Part shown: positions 5,576 through 14,192 of the stretch, in pieces
Layout of the letters: each line of letters starts with the position of its first letter
Position numbering within the stretch: the stretch's first letter is position 1
NCBI RefSeq assembly: GCF_963967315.1
Contig: NZ_OZ017288.1
Span: forward strand, 420,001-452,000
Length of the DNA stretch: 32,000 bases
Direction: 5' to 3'
From: Candidatus Minimicrobia sp. QA0096
GTDB lineage: Bacteria > Patescibacteriota > Saccharimonadia > Saccharimonadales > Saccharimonadaceae
The notes under the pieces: generated by a model
Told to the model about the DNA's origin: nothing
The model's database searches: none
Seen by the model: only the letters and a program-made list of their open reading frames with translations
Made by a program: the position numbers and the translations under genes

Positions 5576-6241
5576 CTAAAAAAGCTTATTTCGTCGTCTA
5601 AGTATCAACTTTAACATCCCCAGAACAACCAACCTCATTACGATAATCATGGCAATAAATATCGTCACTAGCAAAGACCACCCCGCGTAATCAGCTGACC
5701 ATATCGGCGAGACGAAAGTGTGATAATACGGCTCGGTTGAAGGCGCTTCAAACTGCAAGTTAGTGGCTTTCGCGGCAGGATATTTCGCCCATTCCTCATT
5801 AATACAACTGATATACCTCGGATCCGCCTGTGTCGTAAATCGGCCGTAACCGCCCTGCTGCGCCCTAGCATCACAGACAGCCCTAACTTTCGACACAGTA
5901 TCATTGTTAGACTGATTTTTTATCTCCTCCTCGAACTCTTTCAACTTCCGGTCATACATTTGTTTATACGTATGATCCAGCGCAATCTTCCCCGGATCAG
6001 CGTTCATATGCGTAGATACATAACGCTGCAAATCGTATAGTCGCTGCTGAAGATTGACTATATCTCCAGCCTTATCTGCGTTCTCTACAGATTCTCGTCG
6101 CTCGACCATACCAACATTATTCAACCTCAAAAAAGTTGCCGAAATAAAACCAGACATAACCAATAAAATAACCAACTGCCAAGTCTTAATCTGACTGAGT
6201 CGCTTAATTCTGAACTTGGTTTTCTTCTTATCTATAGCCAT
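5576..6241 (-). CDS. hypothetical membrane protein with N- and C-terminal TM helices (221 aa)
   Basis: TM helices are WQLVILLVMSGFISATFL and WSLLVTIFIAMIIVMRLVVLGML. The central soluble region has two Cys. A GAAGG-type SD lies upstream. No family is recognised. Confidence 0.6.
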   Translation of the reverse strand: MAIDKKKTKFRIKRLSQIKTWQLVILLVMSGFISATFLRLNNVGMVERRESVENADKAGDIVNLQQRLYDLQRYVSTHMNADPGKIALDHTYKQMYDRKLKEFEEEIKNQSNNDTVSKVRAVCDARAQQGGYGRFTTQADPRYISCINEEWAKYPAAKATNLQFEAPSTEPYYHTFVSPIWSADYAGWSLLVTIFIAMIIVMRLVVLGMLKLILRRRNKLF

Positions 6242-6310
6242 CCCACCGCCTTCTCTATGATTTTAGTATAGCAAATTATCCCAATGACGTGAATATTACT
6301 ACCATTGCGG

Positions 6311-6319
6311 TGGTATAAT
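6311..6319 (+). promoter_or_regulatory. extended -10 box TGgTATAAT 6 nt upstream of the murC ATG (putative leaderless promoter)
   Basis: The sequence reads TGGTATAAT-atttgt-ATG with no SD. Confidence 0.45.
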
Positions 6320-6325
6320 ATTTGT

Positions 6326-7576
6326 ATGCGAATTTATTTTTCAGGAATCGGCGGCGTTGGCATCGGACCACTGAGTAGAATTGCTTTAGAGGCTGGATAT
6401 GACGTTTGCGGCTCCGACAAATCACCAAGTCTAATCACAAACGAATTAGAGTCAGCCGGAATTCCTATTTCTTTTGACCAATCTGGCGCGTTCTTGCAAT
6501 CAGAACACGATAAATCACCATTTGATTGGTTTATTTACACCGCTGCCTTACCGGAAAATCACCCAGAATTAGTCTTGGCGCGAAAATTAGGCATAAAAAC
6601 CAGCAAGCGTGACGAATTGCTGGCGCAAATAATCGCCGATAAAAACCTGAAACTTATCGCGGTCGCTGGCACCCACGGAAAAACCACAACAACGAGCATG
6701 CTAATCTGGACAATGGAGCAATTGCAAATTCCTGTCAGTTATTCTGTGGGTTCAACTTTAAGTTTTGGACCAAGCGGAACGTTTGATAAAAATAGCCAAT
6801 TTTTCGTATACGAGTGCGATGAATTTGATCGCAACTTTTTGCATTTTTCTCCAGAAATCAGCCTTATCACATCTGTTGATTACGACCATCCAGACACATA
6901 TCCAACAAAAGAATCCTACTTAGACGCTTTCCGTGAATTCGGTAAAAAATCTAAAAAAGTTATCGCGTGGCAAGAAAATTCCGCCATATTTGATGAGAAA
7001 AATCTAACAATCTTGCACGATTCCAATAAAAACATCGCTCTGCCCGGCGAGCATAACCGAAAGAACGCTACTTTGGTGATCGAAGCTTTGAGGCATATCG
7101 GAGTGGACGCGGAGGAGTCAGAAATATACCAAGCAATAAACTCCTTCCCCGGCTCAGGACGGCGTTTTGAAAAGCTCGCCGAAAATCTATACTCTGACTA
7201 TGGACATCACCCAGTTGAAATTCAAGCAACACTACAGATGGCTAAGGAGTTGTCAAACGATGTAGTCCTAGTTTATCAGCCACACCAAAATGTTCGCCAG
7301 CACGAGATAATTGGTCAATACACTGATGGTATTTTCCGTGATGCCAATGAAATTTACTGGCTGCCAACTTATTTAACTAGGGAAAATCCAGATTTATCAA
7401 CCTTAACACCGCAACAACTTGCTAAAAATATCGACAAAGAAAAAGTTCATTTTGCCGAATTAGACGATAATTTATGGCAAGAAATAACCGCAGCAAGAAG
7501 CTCTGGAAAGCTCGTCCTGTGCATGGGCGCTGGCACAATCGACGGATGGATTCGCGAGCGATTAGCTAAAAATTAG
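6326..7576 (+). CDS. murC: UDP-N-acetylmuramate--L-alanine ligase
   Basis: N-terminal IYFSGIGGVGIGPLSRIALEAGYDVCGSD (the MurC Rossmann signature), ATP-binding loop AVAGTHGKTTTTSM, and Mur ligase middle and C-terminal regions (GEHNRKNA, DYGHHP). ATG 6326 is preferred to the TTG 6305 of the ORF track. Confidence 0.85.
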   Translation: MRIYFSGIGGVGIGPLSRIALEAGYDVCGSDKSPSLITNELESAGIPISFDQSGAFLQSEHDKSPFDWFIYTAALPENHPELVLARKLGIKTSKRDELLAQIIADKNLKLIAVAGTHGKTTTTSMLIWTMEQLQIPVSYSVGSTLSFGPSGTFDKNSQFFVYECDEFDRNFLHFSPEISLITSVDYDHPDTYPTKESYLDAFREFGKKSKKVIAWQENSAIFDEKNLTILHDSNKNIALPGEHNRKNATLVIEALRHIGVDAEESEIYQAINSFPGSGRRFEKLAENLYSDYGHHPVEIQATLQMAKELSNDVVLVYQPHQNVRQHEIIGQYTDGIFRDANEIYWLPTYLTRENPDLSTLTPQQLAKNIDKEKVHFAELDDNLWQEITAARSSGKLVLCMGAGTIDGWIRERLAKN

Positions 7577-7920
7577 CGATCATCACCGCTGCCGTGGATC
7601 TTCCCCCGACTCTGGCGGCTGAGCAGTTTATCATTATTTCTGCGAGCCACTTCCTCTAAACTGCAACCAAGCAAATGCGCTATAGAATTGACATACCAAA
7701 GCACGTCACCAAGCTCTTTTATTATTGCGTCGCGGTCGTTCTCCGAGATCTCGCCATTTTTATCACGTAGGATTTTCTTAAATTTCTCCATGACTTCGCC
7801 AGATTCACCACTTAATCCCAATATCTGTGCCATCAATCTGGCGTCAACATCACCATATTTATGAGAATCTTTATCTGTTAAGGTAGAAATTGCTTTAGTT
7901 GAATAATCGTTAAATTGCAT
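7573..7920 (-). CDS. MazG-like nucleoside triphosphate pyrophosphohydrolase (small all-alpha NTP-PPase)
   Basis: GLSGESGEVMEKFKK and IIKELGDVLWYVNSIA provide the EXXE/EXXD metal motifs of MazG-type domains. AAAGGA SD is present. The stop overlaps the murC stop. Confidence 0.75.
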   Translation of the reverse strand: MQFNDYSTKAISTLTDKDSHKYGDVDARLMAQILGLSGESGEVMEKFKKILRDKNGEISENDRDAIIKELGDVLWYVNSIAHLLGCSLEEVARRNNDKLLSRQSRGKIHGSGDDR

Positions 7921-7937
7921 AATATTCCTTTCATTTA

Positions 7938-8579
7938 TTAGCGCGTAACTCTTACGAAATTAATAGTTTTTCCTTCACCAATCCACCTTTGTTCGTACGT
8001 CGTCATTATTTTATATTCGTCACTTAGCGCGGATTCATGAAGATCAAAACTCAACTCTTTAATTTGCCATTTTTCTGCCACCAATTGCTCCAAGCTCCAA
8101 CAGAAAAAATTGTGATCGTCGTGTTTGATTAATAAAGATCCGTCCGATTTTAGCAATGAAGAATACTTCTTCAAAAAATTAGGATGAGTCAAGCGGCGCC
8201 CAGCGCTATGCTTCCTCGGAAACGGATCAGGAAATGTTACCCAAATTTGCTCCAAAGAATTCTGCTCCACTAATTGGTCTATTTGGTCAGCCCGCGCTCG
8301 AACAAAAAACACATTCTCCAGCCCATTTTCTTCAGCAATTTTCGCGCCCTTCTGTAATCGATCACCTTTAACGTCAATTGCTAAAAACGTTTTTTCAGGA
8401 TGGCGCAGCGCAAGCTCCACGCTGAACAGTCCAGTTCCAGCACCGATTTCCAAACAATCGACTTCCCGCTTCACCCATTCATCAAACTCAAAGCATAGCG
8501 GCGAATTGTGGAACAAAGCGAATTTATACTTCTTACGTTTTCTGGTGATAATAAATTGATTCGGATCGACAAAACTCAT
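7938..8579 (-). CDS. trmB: tRNA (guanine46-N7)-methyltransferase
   Basis: SAM motif LEIGAGTGLFSVELALRHPEKTFLAIDV and the TrmB block WVTFPDPFPRKHSAGRRL. Confidence 0.85.
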   Translation of the reverse strand: MSFVDPNQFIITRKRKKYKFALFHNSPLCFEFDEWVKREVDCLEIGAGTGLFSVELALRHPEKTFLAIDVKGDRLQKGAKIAEENGLENVFFVRARADQIDQLVEQNSLEQIWVTFPDPFPRKHSAGRRLTHPNFLKKYSSLLKSDGSLLIKHDDHNFFCWSLEQLVAEKWQIKELSFDLHESALSDEYKIMTTYEQRWIGEGKTINFVRVTR

Positions 8580-8603
8580 ATTTTCTATTATACTAAATCA
8601 ATA

Positions 8604-9506
8604 ATGGATAAGCTTATAAAACAGTTTTTAGATTCTTCTACGTTAGGTCAATGGCTGCATGGCAACAACTTTGGCTGGTTAATTAGTGAGCGCATTATCG
8701 ACACAGTCAGCATTATTATCGGCTCTGTTTTTGTTTATTTTCTGGGGAAATATTTATTATCTTGGACTATACATTATTCTATACGCTCCACCGCTAAACA
8801 TCGTTCCTGGCACCGTAAAGACATAGAAAAGCGCGAAAAAACCCTCATCCAATTAACCAGAAGTTTCTGGCAAATCATAATAATTTTCTATGTCGCCGCA
8901 ATTGTCGCCAATAAACTATTCCTATTTGATTTATCGCCTCTATTCGCCAGCGCTGGTATAATCGGTGTGGCATTAGGATTTGGTGCTCAATCACTTGTTA
9001 AAGACTTCTTATCCGGTATCTTCATCATCGCCGAAAATCAATATCGTGTTGGCGATGTTGTTGACGTAATGGGAGCCGCTGGAACCGTCGAGAGAGTCGG
9101 CACTCGCACTACTGTTATACGAGATTCTGAGGGTAATGTTCATTATGTTCCAAATGGCACGATTCAGCATGTTATCAATAAAACTATGGGCTATAGTATG
9201 TCGCGCTTCAGCATTTATATCGACCCAAGTTCTGACATTTCTGCAGTTACAGACATCATTAACGCTACTGGTCAAGAATTGGCTAAAGAAAAGGCTTGGC
9301 AAAAGAAAATTATCGATCCGCCTAAATTCGTTTCCGTTGGTGATATTACTGGACGAGGAACAGAATTGATCATCGCTGGAAAAACTCAGCCATCCGATCA
9401 GTGGTCTGTTACCTCTGAAATGCGACATCGATTGCTACAAAACTTTGATCGTGAAGGAGTTCTTCTGGCGACCCTGCCGACCCCAACCTCAATAACCAGA
9501 AGATAA
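8604..9506 (+). CDS. mechanosensitive ion channel family protein (MscS-like)
   Basis: TM helices are followed by the pore/beta-domain signature IIGVALGFGAQSLVKDFLSGIFIIAENQYRVGDVVDV. ATG 8604 is preferred; the track start 8508 would overlap trmB by 72 nt. Confidence 0.85.
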   Translation: MDKLIKQFLDSSTLGQWLHGNNFGWLISERIIDTVSIIIGSVFVYFLGKYLLSWTIHYSIRSTAKHRSWHRKDIEKREKTLIQLTRSFWQIIIIFYVAAIVANKLFLFDLSPLFASAGIIGVALGFGAQSLVKDFLSGIFIIAENQYRVGDVVDVMGAAGTVERVGTRTTVIRDSEGNVHYVPNGTIQHVINKTMGYSMSRFSIYIDPSSDISAVTDIINATGQELAKEKAWQKKIIDPPKFVSVGDITGRGTELIIAGKTQPSDQWSVTSEMRHRLLQNFDREGVLLATLPTPTSITRR

Positions 9507-9509
9507 AGA

Positions 9510-9854
9510 TTAATTATTAGACAAACCCAATTCTTTATCGCTTAACACATCATTAGAAAACGCTTTGATCTTATTAACGTTCTCTACTTCTTTATCATAA
9601 ATTCCCAAAAATTCCTTCAATGTATCCTTGCTTACTGTACCTTGCGCGTCAAATTCGTGACTTTTTTCATCCGCATCCTTGCTAATTTGATTGCGGCGAG
9701 AAGCGTATTCTGGGCGACTCAAGTCTAATCGATAAGCGTCAGTCTTGTAATACATAAACATCGCGATCGATACCAACACAACCGAGACCGCAATAGTCAG
9801 CCCAATAAATGTAGCGAATTTATAACTACGAAATAATTCCTTAGCTCTATTCAT
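9510..9854 (-). CDS. hypothetical single-pass membrane protein (114 aa)
   Basis: N-terminal TM helix FATFIGLTIAVSVVLVSIAMFMYY. The start overlaps the upstream gene's end by 8 nt. No family is recognised. Confidence 0.55.
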   Translation of the reverse strand: MNRAKELFRSYKFATFIGLTIAVSVVLVSIAMFMYYKTDAYRLDLSRPEYASRRNQISKDADEKSHEFDAQGTVSKDTLKEFLGIYDKEVENVNKIKAFSNDVLSDKELGLSNN

Positions 9855-10389
9855 TAGAACCTCCAGACAGCGAATTTTTAATAACTTGCACTTCTTCTTT
9901 ATATCTCACTAACAATTCATCCAAGACCTTCACGTCCTCAGAAAGTTTATTACGAGTCTCGCGAGCAACGGTCAATTTTTTATAATAGTCCGCCACATTA
10001 TTAGAGCAATTTGTGCGCTGAAGATCAGTCATTGCAGTATCGTAATCGTTGTAATTACTATTAAACTTAAGTCTCGTCGACTCGAACTCATTAGTAATGT
10101 TCAGTAGTTTTGAGCTGTCCAGCTTATTGATTGCCAATCGACCGTTCAGCCTGGCCATAAGTTTGGTAGAAATAGAATTATATCTTTGTCCAACGTTAAC
10201 TCTAGTTAGAGCGTCATTGGTATGGATGTTTTTAATAGCAACTCTTACGGAACTACAGTTTCGATCAAGCGTTTTTATAATCTCAGAATCAGCCGTAGCA
10301 TCGACAGACTGAGCCTCAACTGCCCGCGGAGTCACTAACAAACTAGAAGCAATCAAAAAAGACGCGAGATAGAAAGTAACTTTTTTCAT
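9847..10389 (-). CDS. hypothetical secreted protein (about 180 aa) with signal peptide
   Basis: Signal-like N-terminus MKKVTFYLASFLIASSLLVTPRAVEAQS, then a helical Asn/Lys-rich body with two Cys. A TTGACT-18-GATAAT promoter ends 7 nt before ATG 10389. Confidence 0.6.
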   Translation of the reverse strand: MKKVTFYLASFLIASSLLVTPRAVEAQSVDATADSEIIKTLDRNCSSVRVAIKNIHTNDALTRVNVGQRYNSISTKLMARLNGRLAINKLDSSKLLNITNEFESTRLKFNSNYNDYDTAMTDLQRTNCSNNVADYYKKLTVARETRNKLSEDVKVLDELLVRYKEEVQVIKNSLSGGSNE

Positions 10390-10396
10390 CACTTAT

Positions 10397-10426
10397 ATTA
10401 TCTCACGTCTTCTTGAATAGAGTCAA
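10397..10426 (-). promoter_or_regulatory. sigma70-type promoter TTGACT-18nt-GATAAT abutting the secreted-protein start codon
   Basis: The minus strand reads TTGACT-ctattcaagaagacgtga-GATAAT-ataagtg-ATG. Confidence 0.5.
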
Positions 10427-10429
10427 ATA

Positions 10430-10699
10430 TTACTTGAAACGTTTTTCGACGTTACCCTTAACGTCTTTTGCGGTTTCTGCTACAGCATCTCCAACTTTCT
10501 GAGAACCAGCTTTTAACGAACTTAAGCTGTCTTTTGCTGCGGCAGTCGCTTTGCAAGCCACCTTTTCAGTGTCGGCTTTCATTTTTACAGCTTTATCCTT
10601 CAAGTCTTTCCTTGTTTCCTTGCCGCTCTTTGGTGCAGTTAAAATTCCAGCTGTAAAACCTGCTGCTACTGCTCCGATAATTGCTAAAACTTTTTTCAT
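10430..10699 (-). CDS. YtxH domain-containing protein
   Basis: N-terminus IIGAVAAGFTAGILTAPKSGKETRKDLKDKA is the YtxH signature. AAGGAG SD is present. Confidence 0.8.
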   Translation of the reverse strand: MKKVLAIIGAVAAGFTAGILTAPKSGKETRKDLKDKAVKMKADTEKVACKATAAAKDSLSSLKAGSQKVGDAVAETAKDVKGNVEKRFK

Positions 10700-10718
10700 A
10701 TATTTACTCCTTTTTTAA

Positions 10719-10940
10719 TTATTTTTTACGAAATAAACCTGATATTTCACTAAAAACTTTTGTTGGCGACAACCACTCAGTCGCACTAGCTACGTTAGTT
10801 GTAATTTTACTAACGCTTTTCATGACCGTATTAAGTCTTACCAACAAGGCGATGACCACTGCCAGTAGCGTTACGATAATAACCGACAACAATCCTACGA
10901 TGATTGATAATAAAACGATGGCTGTTTGGATATCTTCCAC
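10719..10940 (-). CDS. DUF948-like small membrane protein
   Basis: The 73-aa protein has an N-terminal TM helix and then a helical tail (LNTVMKSVSKITTNVASATE). It sits immediately upstream of the YtxH gene, as in the Firmicute ytxG-ytxH arrangement. GTG start with an AAAGG SD. Confidence 0.5.
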   Translation of the reverse strand: MEDIQTAIVLLSIIVGLLSVIIVTLLAVVIALLVRLNTVMKSVSKITTNVASATEWLSPTKVFSEISGLFRKK

Positions 10941-11096
10941 GCTTTACCTTTCTGCAAAAGTTTATATTTGTTATGTTTATTTTAGCATGCTTGTTAAATT
11001 GTTTGTATTAGATAATCTAACTATTTCACTATAGCATAAGCTTATTAAATTGTCAATAGAGATGTCCGCTAATCGTTAATAATATGATAAACTGGT

Positions 11097-11636
11097 ATGG
11101 TTATGCGAGATTTTTTCAAACGATACATACCGGAATTTGTTTATGGCGCGGTTGACGGCACGGTAACAACATTTGCAGTCGTGGCGGCTTCAGCTGGTGC
11201 TGGAATATCTAGTTCAGTAATTCTTATATTAGGAATTGCCAATTTAATAGCCGACGGTTTTTCAATGGGATCTAGTGCATATTTAGCAGCCAGCGCTGAG
11301 CACGAAGAGTCCGTTCGCGACAGCCAAAAACGCTCATCCCCAAAGATCATAGGCGCAGTAACGTTCTTAGCTTTCGTGGTGGTCGGTAGCGTACCAGTAT
11401 TGCCATATTTGATTGACGTAATTGCAAACTTAAAGGCGCCAAACGCGGTATTATTCTATGTTAGCTCGGCGCTAACTGCGGCAACGTTCTTAGCAATCGG
11501 CTTCATCAAGGGCAAAGTCAGCAAACAATCACCTTGGCAGTCTGCAGGAATTACATTACTCCTTGGGGCGATTGCAGCAGGGCTAGCCTACTTTGCGGGC
11601 GACATTTTGGCGGCCTGGCTGGGGATTAGGATCTAG
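11097..11636 (+). CDS. VIT1/CCC1 family iron/manganese transporter (short form)
   Basis: EFVYGAVDGTVTTFAVVAASAGAG...GIANLIADGFSMGSSAYLAASAEHE plus C-terminal TM helices. ATG 11103 is an alternative start. Confidence 0.75.
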   Translation: MVMRDFFKRYIPEFVYGAVDGTVTTFAVVAASAGAGISSSVILILGIANLIADGFSMGSSAYLAASAEHEESVRDSQKRSSPKIIGAVTFLAFVVVGSVPVLPYLIDVIANLKAPNAVLFYVSSALTAATFLAIGFIKGKVSKQSPWQSAGITLLLGAIAAGLAYFAGDILAAWLGIRI

Positions 11637-11710
11637 TATATTGTTCTTGTGTTTTGGTCTGGGTGGTTGTTCACATAATTTTGTAGCCAACTTCTATAGC
11701 CCATAAAAAA

Positions 11711-11732
11711 TCTCCTTATTTTTATAAGGAGA
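11711..11732. terminator. bidirectional rho-independent terminator between convergent VIT and CAP genes
   Basis: Perfect hairpin TCTCCTTAT-TTTT-ATAAGGAGA, flanked by an A-run upstream and T-rich loop/flank. Confidence 0.6.
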
Positions 11733-11754
11733 GAGACTCAGTAGAAGATGTTAT

Positions 11755-12327
11755 TTAGATTTGGCAGAAGTGCTGGACTGCTACTAGGGTTGTGTTGTTG
11801 GTGCTAACACCAAATCCCGTCTTTTTGTACTTAGGATCTTGTATAGCTTCTCTGTGGGGCTTAGAACTCATCCATCCGTTAAATGCTTCTCTACTGGTCG
11901 ATACAAAAACATCTGACTTTGGATGATATGCGCCAGTATAATAATTTTCACTACTATGAGAGCATTTAGCCCGTTGATATATTAGATAGCGCATTTCTTG
12001 TGTGTACATATCACCTAGCCCAGGTATGATATGCTGTCTATAGTCTTTGGTGATCATATCATTTGCCTTGAGCTGAGCTGACCTTTGCACGCTTTCATCA
12101 AACTCCAACGGCGCCACACCTACACGCTGGCGTTCAGCGTTAACTAGCTCTAATAACTCAGCAGGATCTGCTGGACCAACATCATACTTACTCTTCGGTT
12201 GTTCCTGTTTCTGCTCCTGAGCTACTCCAGCAGCTGCCTGAGCATCCAGACGGGTCTTTAGCCATACTCCACCGCCAACGCCTATCGTAAGCGCCACAAT
12301 GACGGCAATGACTATAACCTTTTTCAT
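11755..12327 (-). CDS. CAP/SCP (YkwD-like) domain-containing secreted protein
   Basis: N-terminal TM/signal segment, then LVNAERQRVGVAPLEFDESVQRSAQLKANDM ... SENYYTG ... AFNGWMSSKPHREAI ... KTGFGVS, matching the CAP-domain conserved blocks. Confidence 0.75.
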   Translation of the reverse strand: MKKVIVIAVIVALTIGVGGGVWLKTRLDAQAAAGVAQEQKQEQPKSKYDVGPADPAELLELVNAERQRVGVAPLEFDESVQRSAQLKANDMITKDYRQHIIPGLGDMYTQEMRYLIYQRAKCSHSSENYYTGAYHPKSDVFVSTSREAFNGWMSSKPHREAIQDPKYKKTGFGVSTNNTTLVAVQHFCQI

Positions 12328-12375
12328 ACTTACACACTAGCACAGCCAAAACAGTAGATCAATATTGCAAATATT

Positions 12376-14154
12376 TTACAAACCCAATTCGCGCAACTGA
12401 GCAGGATCGACAATTGAAGGTGAATTCATCATCACATCCACACCAGAGCCATTCTTTGGAAACGCCAGAGTCTCACGGACGTTTTGCTCATCGGTCAATT
12501 CCATCAAAATACGATCAACCCCAAAAGCACATCCTGCGTGAGGCGGAGCGCCGTATTTGAAAGCGCCTAACATAGCGCCAAACTTCTCTTCAACATAAGA
12601 TTCACTGAAGCCCAGCAAACCGAACACTTTGTATAGCACCGCTGGGTTATGATTACGAACACCACCAGAGCAAATCTCATAGCCGTTCATCACCATATCA
12701 AACTGATCAGCGACAATGGATAATTTTTCGGCGTCAGTTTCAGCAGACTCCAGAGCTTGCAAACCACCCTTTGGCATACTGAACGGATTATGCCCAAAGT
12801 CAAGTTTTTTACTTCGTTCATCCCACTCATAAAACGGAAAATCAATAATCCAAGCAAACGCCACAACCGATGGGTCCTTAAGATTAAAGTGCGAGGCAAA
12901 TTCATTACGCAAGCGCCCCAATACCGCGTTAACAACCGAGCGAGAATCAGCGCCAAAGAACACTGCATCGCCATCAACCGCACCAGTTTTCTGCTGAATA
13001 TCAGCTAATTCCTTCTCACTCAAGAATTTCGCAATTGGAGATTTTGCTTCGCCATCTTGATATGTGATGTACGCCAAACCGCCAGCGCCTTCGCTTTTAG
13101 CGATGTTGGTGAAATTGTCAATTTGCTTGCGACTCAAACTTGCGCCGTTTTTTACGCAAATAGCCTTAACGCATTCAGCATTTTTAAATACGCCAAACTC
13201 AGTCTCTGAGAACACGTCCGTCAGTTCTATCAATTCCATGCCAAATCGCAAATCCGGCTTATCAGAACCGTAAGTTTCCATGGCGTCGCGATACGAAATT
13301 CGCGGAATTGAACTACCATCACCAACCGCCAAATCGCTCAAATCCAACAATTTTTTACCAGCAAAATCAGTCGCCAATTGCTTCATTAAAGGCTCAACTT
13401 CAGCGCGAACTTCTTCACCATTTTCAGCAAAACTCATCTCCAAATCAAGCTGATAAAACTCGCCATACAAGCGATCTGCTCGCGGATCTTCGTCGCGGAA
13501 ACAAGCAGCCAACTGATAATAACGCGGCACGCCACCAACCATCAGCAACTGCTTAAACTGCTGTGGAGCTTGTGGCAAAGCATAAAACTTCCCTTCCTGC
13601 AAACGACTCGGAATCAGAAAATCGCGCGCACCCTCAGGACTTGAGTTAGCCAAAATTGGCGTTTGAATTTCAATAAAATCTCGATCGTCCATATATTTAT
13701 GGATTCGACGATACATTTCGGCGCGCTTTTTAAGCATGTTTTGCATTTTTGGACGACGCAAATCAAGATAACGATACTTGAATCTTAGTTCTTCGCCAGC
13801 TTGATTATCCTCGGCAAATGGCTGAATTGGCAAAGTTTCAGCTCGGTTCAAAATCTCCAAATTGTCCACAACAATTTCCACATCGCCACTGGCAATATTC
13901 GGATTTTTCAGACCTTCACCACGCTCCGCAACCACGCCACAAGCACGAACCACGAACTCATCCCGTAAGCTTTCCGCCAAAGAAAAAGCATCTTTTTTAT
14001 CAGGGTTAATAACCAACTGAACCAAACCCGTGTGGTCGCGCAAATCAATAAAAATCAACCCGCCATGATCACGCCTGGAATGAACCCAGCCCGCAACTGT
14101 AATATTCTCACCAACTTTTTTAGAAGTTTCTGCCGCCAAAATTCTATTTTTCAT
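12376..14154 (-). CDS. aspS: aspartate--tRNA ligase (bacterial type)
   Basis: N-terminal OB fold VAGWVHSRRDHGGLIFIDLRDHTGLVQ, class II motif 2 FRDEDPRADR, an inserted GAD-like domain, and motif 3 GCAFGVDRILM. Confidence 0.95.
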   Translation of the reverse strand: MKNRILAAETSKKVGENITVAGWVHSRRDHGGLIFIDLRDHTGLVQLVINPDKKDAFSLAESLRDEFVVRACGVVAERGEGLKNPNIASGDVEIVVDNLEILNRAETLPIQPFAEDNQAGEELRFKYRYLDLRRPKMQNMLKKRAEMYRRIHKYMDDRDFIEIQTPILANSSPEGARDFLIPSRLQEGKFYALPQAPQQFKQLLMVGGVPRYYQLAACFRDEDPRADRLYGEFYQLDLEMSFAENGEEVRAEVEPLMKQLATDFAGKKLLDLSDLAVGDGSSIPRISYRDAMETYGSDKPDLRFGMELIELTDVFSETEFGVFKNAECVKAICVKNGASLSRKQIDNFTNIAKSEGAGGLAYITYQDGEAKSPIAKFLSEKELADIQQKTGAVDGDAVFFGADSRSVVNAVLGRLRNEFASHFNLKDPSVVAFAWIIDFPFYEWDERSKKLDFGHNPFSMPKGGLQALESAETDAEKLSIVADQFDMVMNGYEICSGGVRNHNPAVLYKVFGLLGFSESYVEEKFGAMLGAFKYGAPPHAGCAFGVDRILMELTDEQNVRETLAFPKNGSGVDVMMNSPSIVDPAQLRELGL

Positions 14155-14192
14155 ATCTGTTATTATAGCATAATCTGGGCAAATTCCCAGAA

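Noticed and set aside
2567-6300. Search for a direct repeat of the tRNA-fMet 3' end (attR) to delimit the putative island.
   Set aside because: I found no convincing copy of the CCTACCCCCGCCACCA region by eye. The nearest resemblance (ATCCCACCGCC near 6240) is too weak. The island boundary is left open.
6305-6325. Upstream alternative starts offered by the ORF track: murC TTG 6305, MscS 8508, NUDIX 28553, SBP 31377, WhiB-like TTG 5195.
   Set aside because: The extensions overlap divergent neighbours or run across promoter -10 boxes or SD sites that point to the internal ATGs. The added residues are not conserved-looking.
7573-7576. Convergent murC and mazG-like genes overlap at their stop codons (TTAG: TAG on the plus strand, TAA on the minus strand). 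The MscS/114-aa genes (9506/9510) and the 246-aa/ABC genes (24566/24574) are similarly tight.
   Set aside because: This is a real observation but is best explained by genome compaction. I see no structure suggesting a specific mechanism.
10681-11034. 117-aa plus-strand ORF overlapping the DUF948-like gene.
   Set aside because: It is antisense to a small membrane gene whose position next to ytxH makes sense. The ORF extends into the divergent promoter region and has no RBS.
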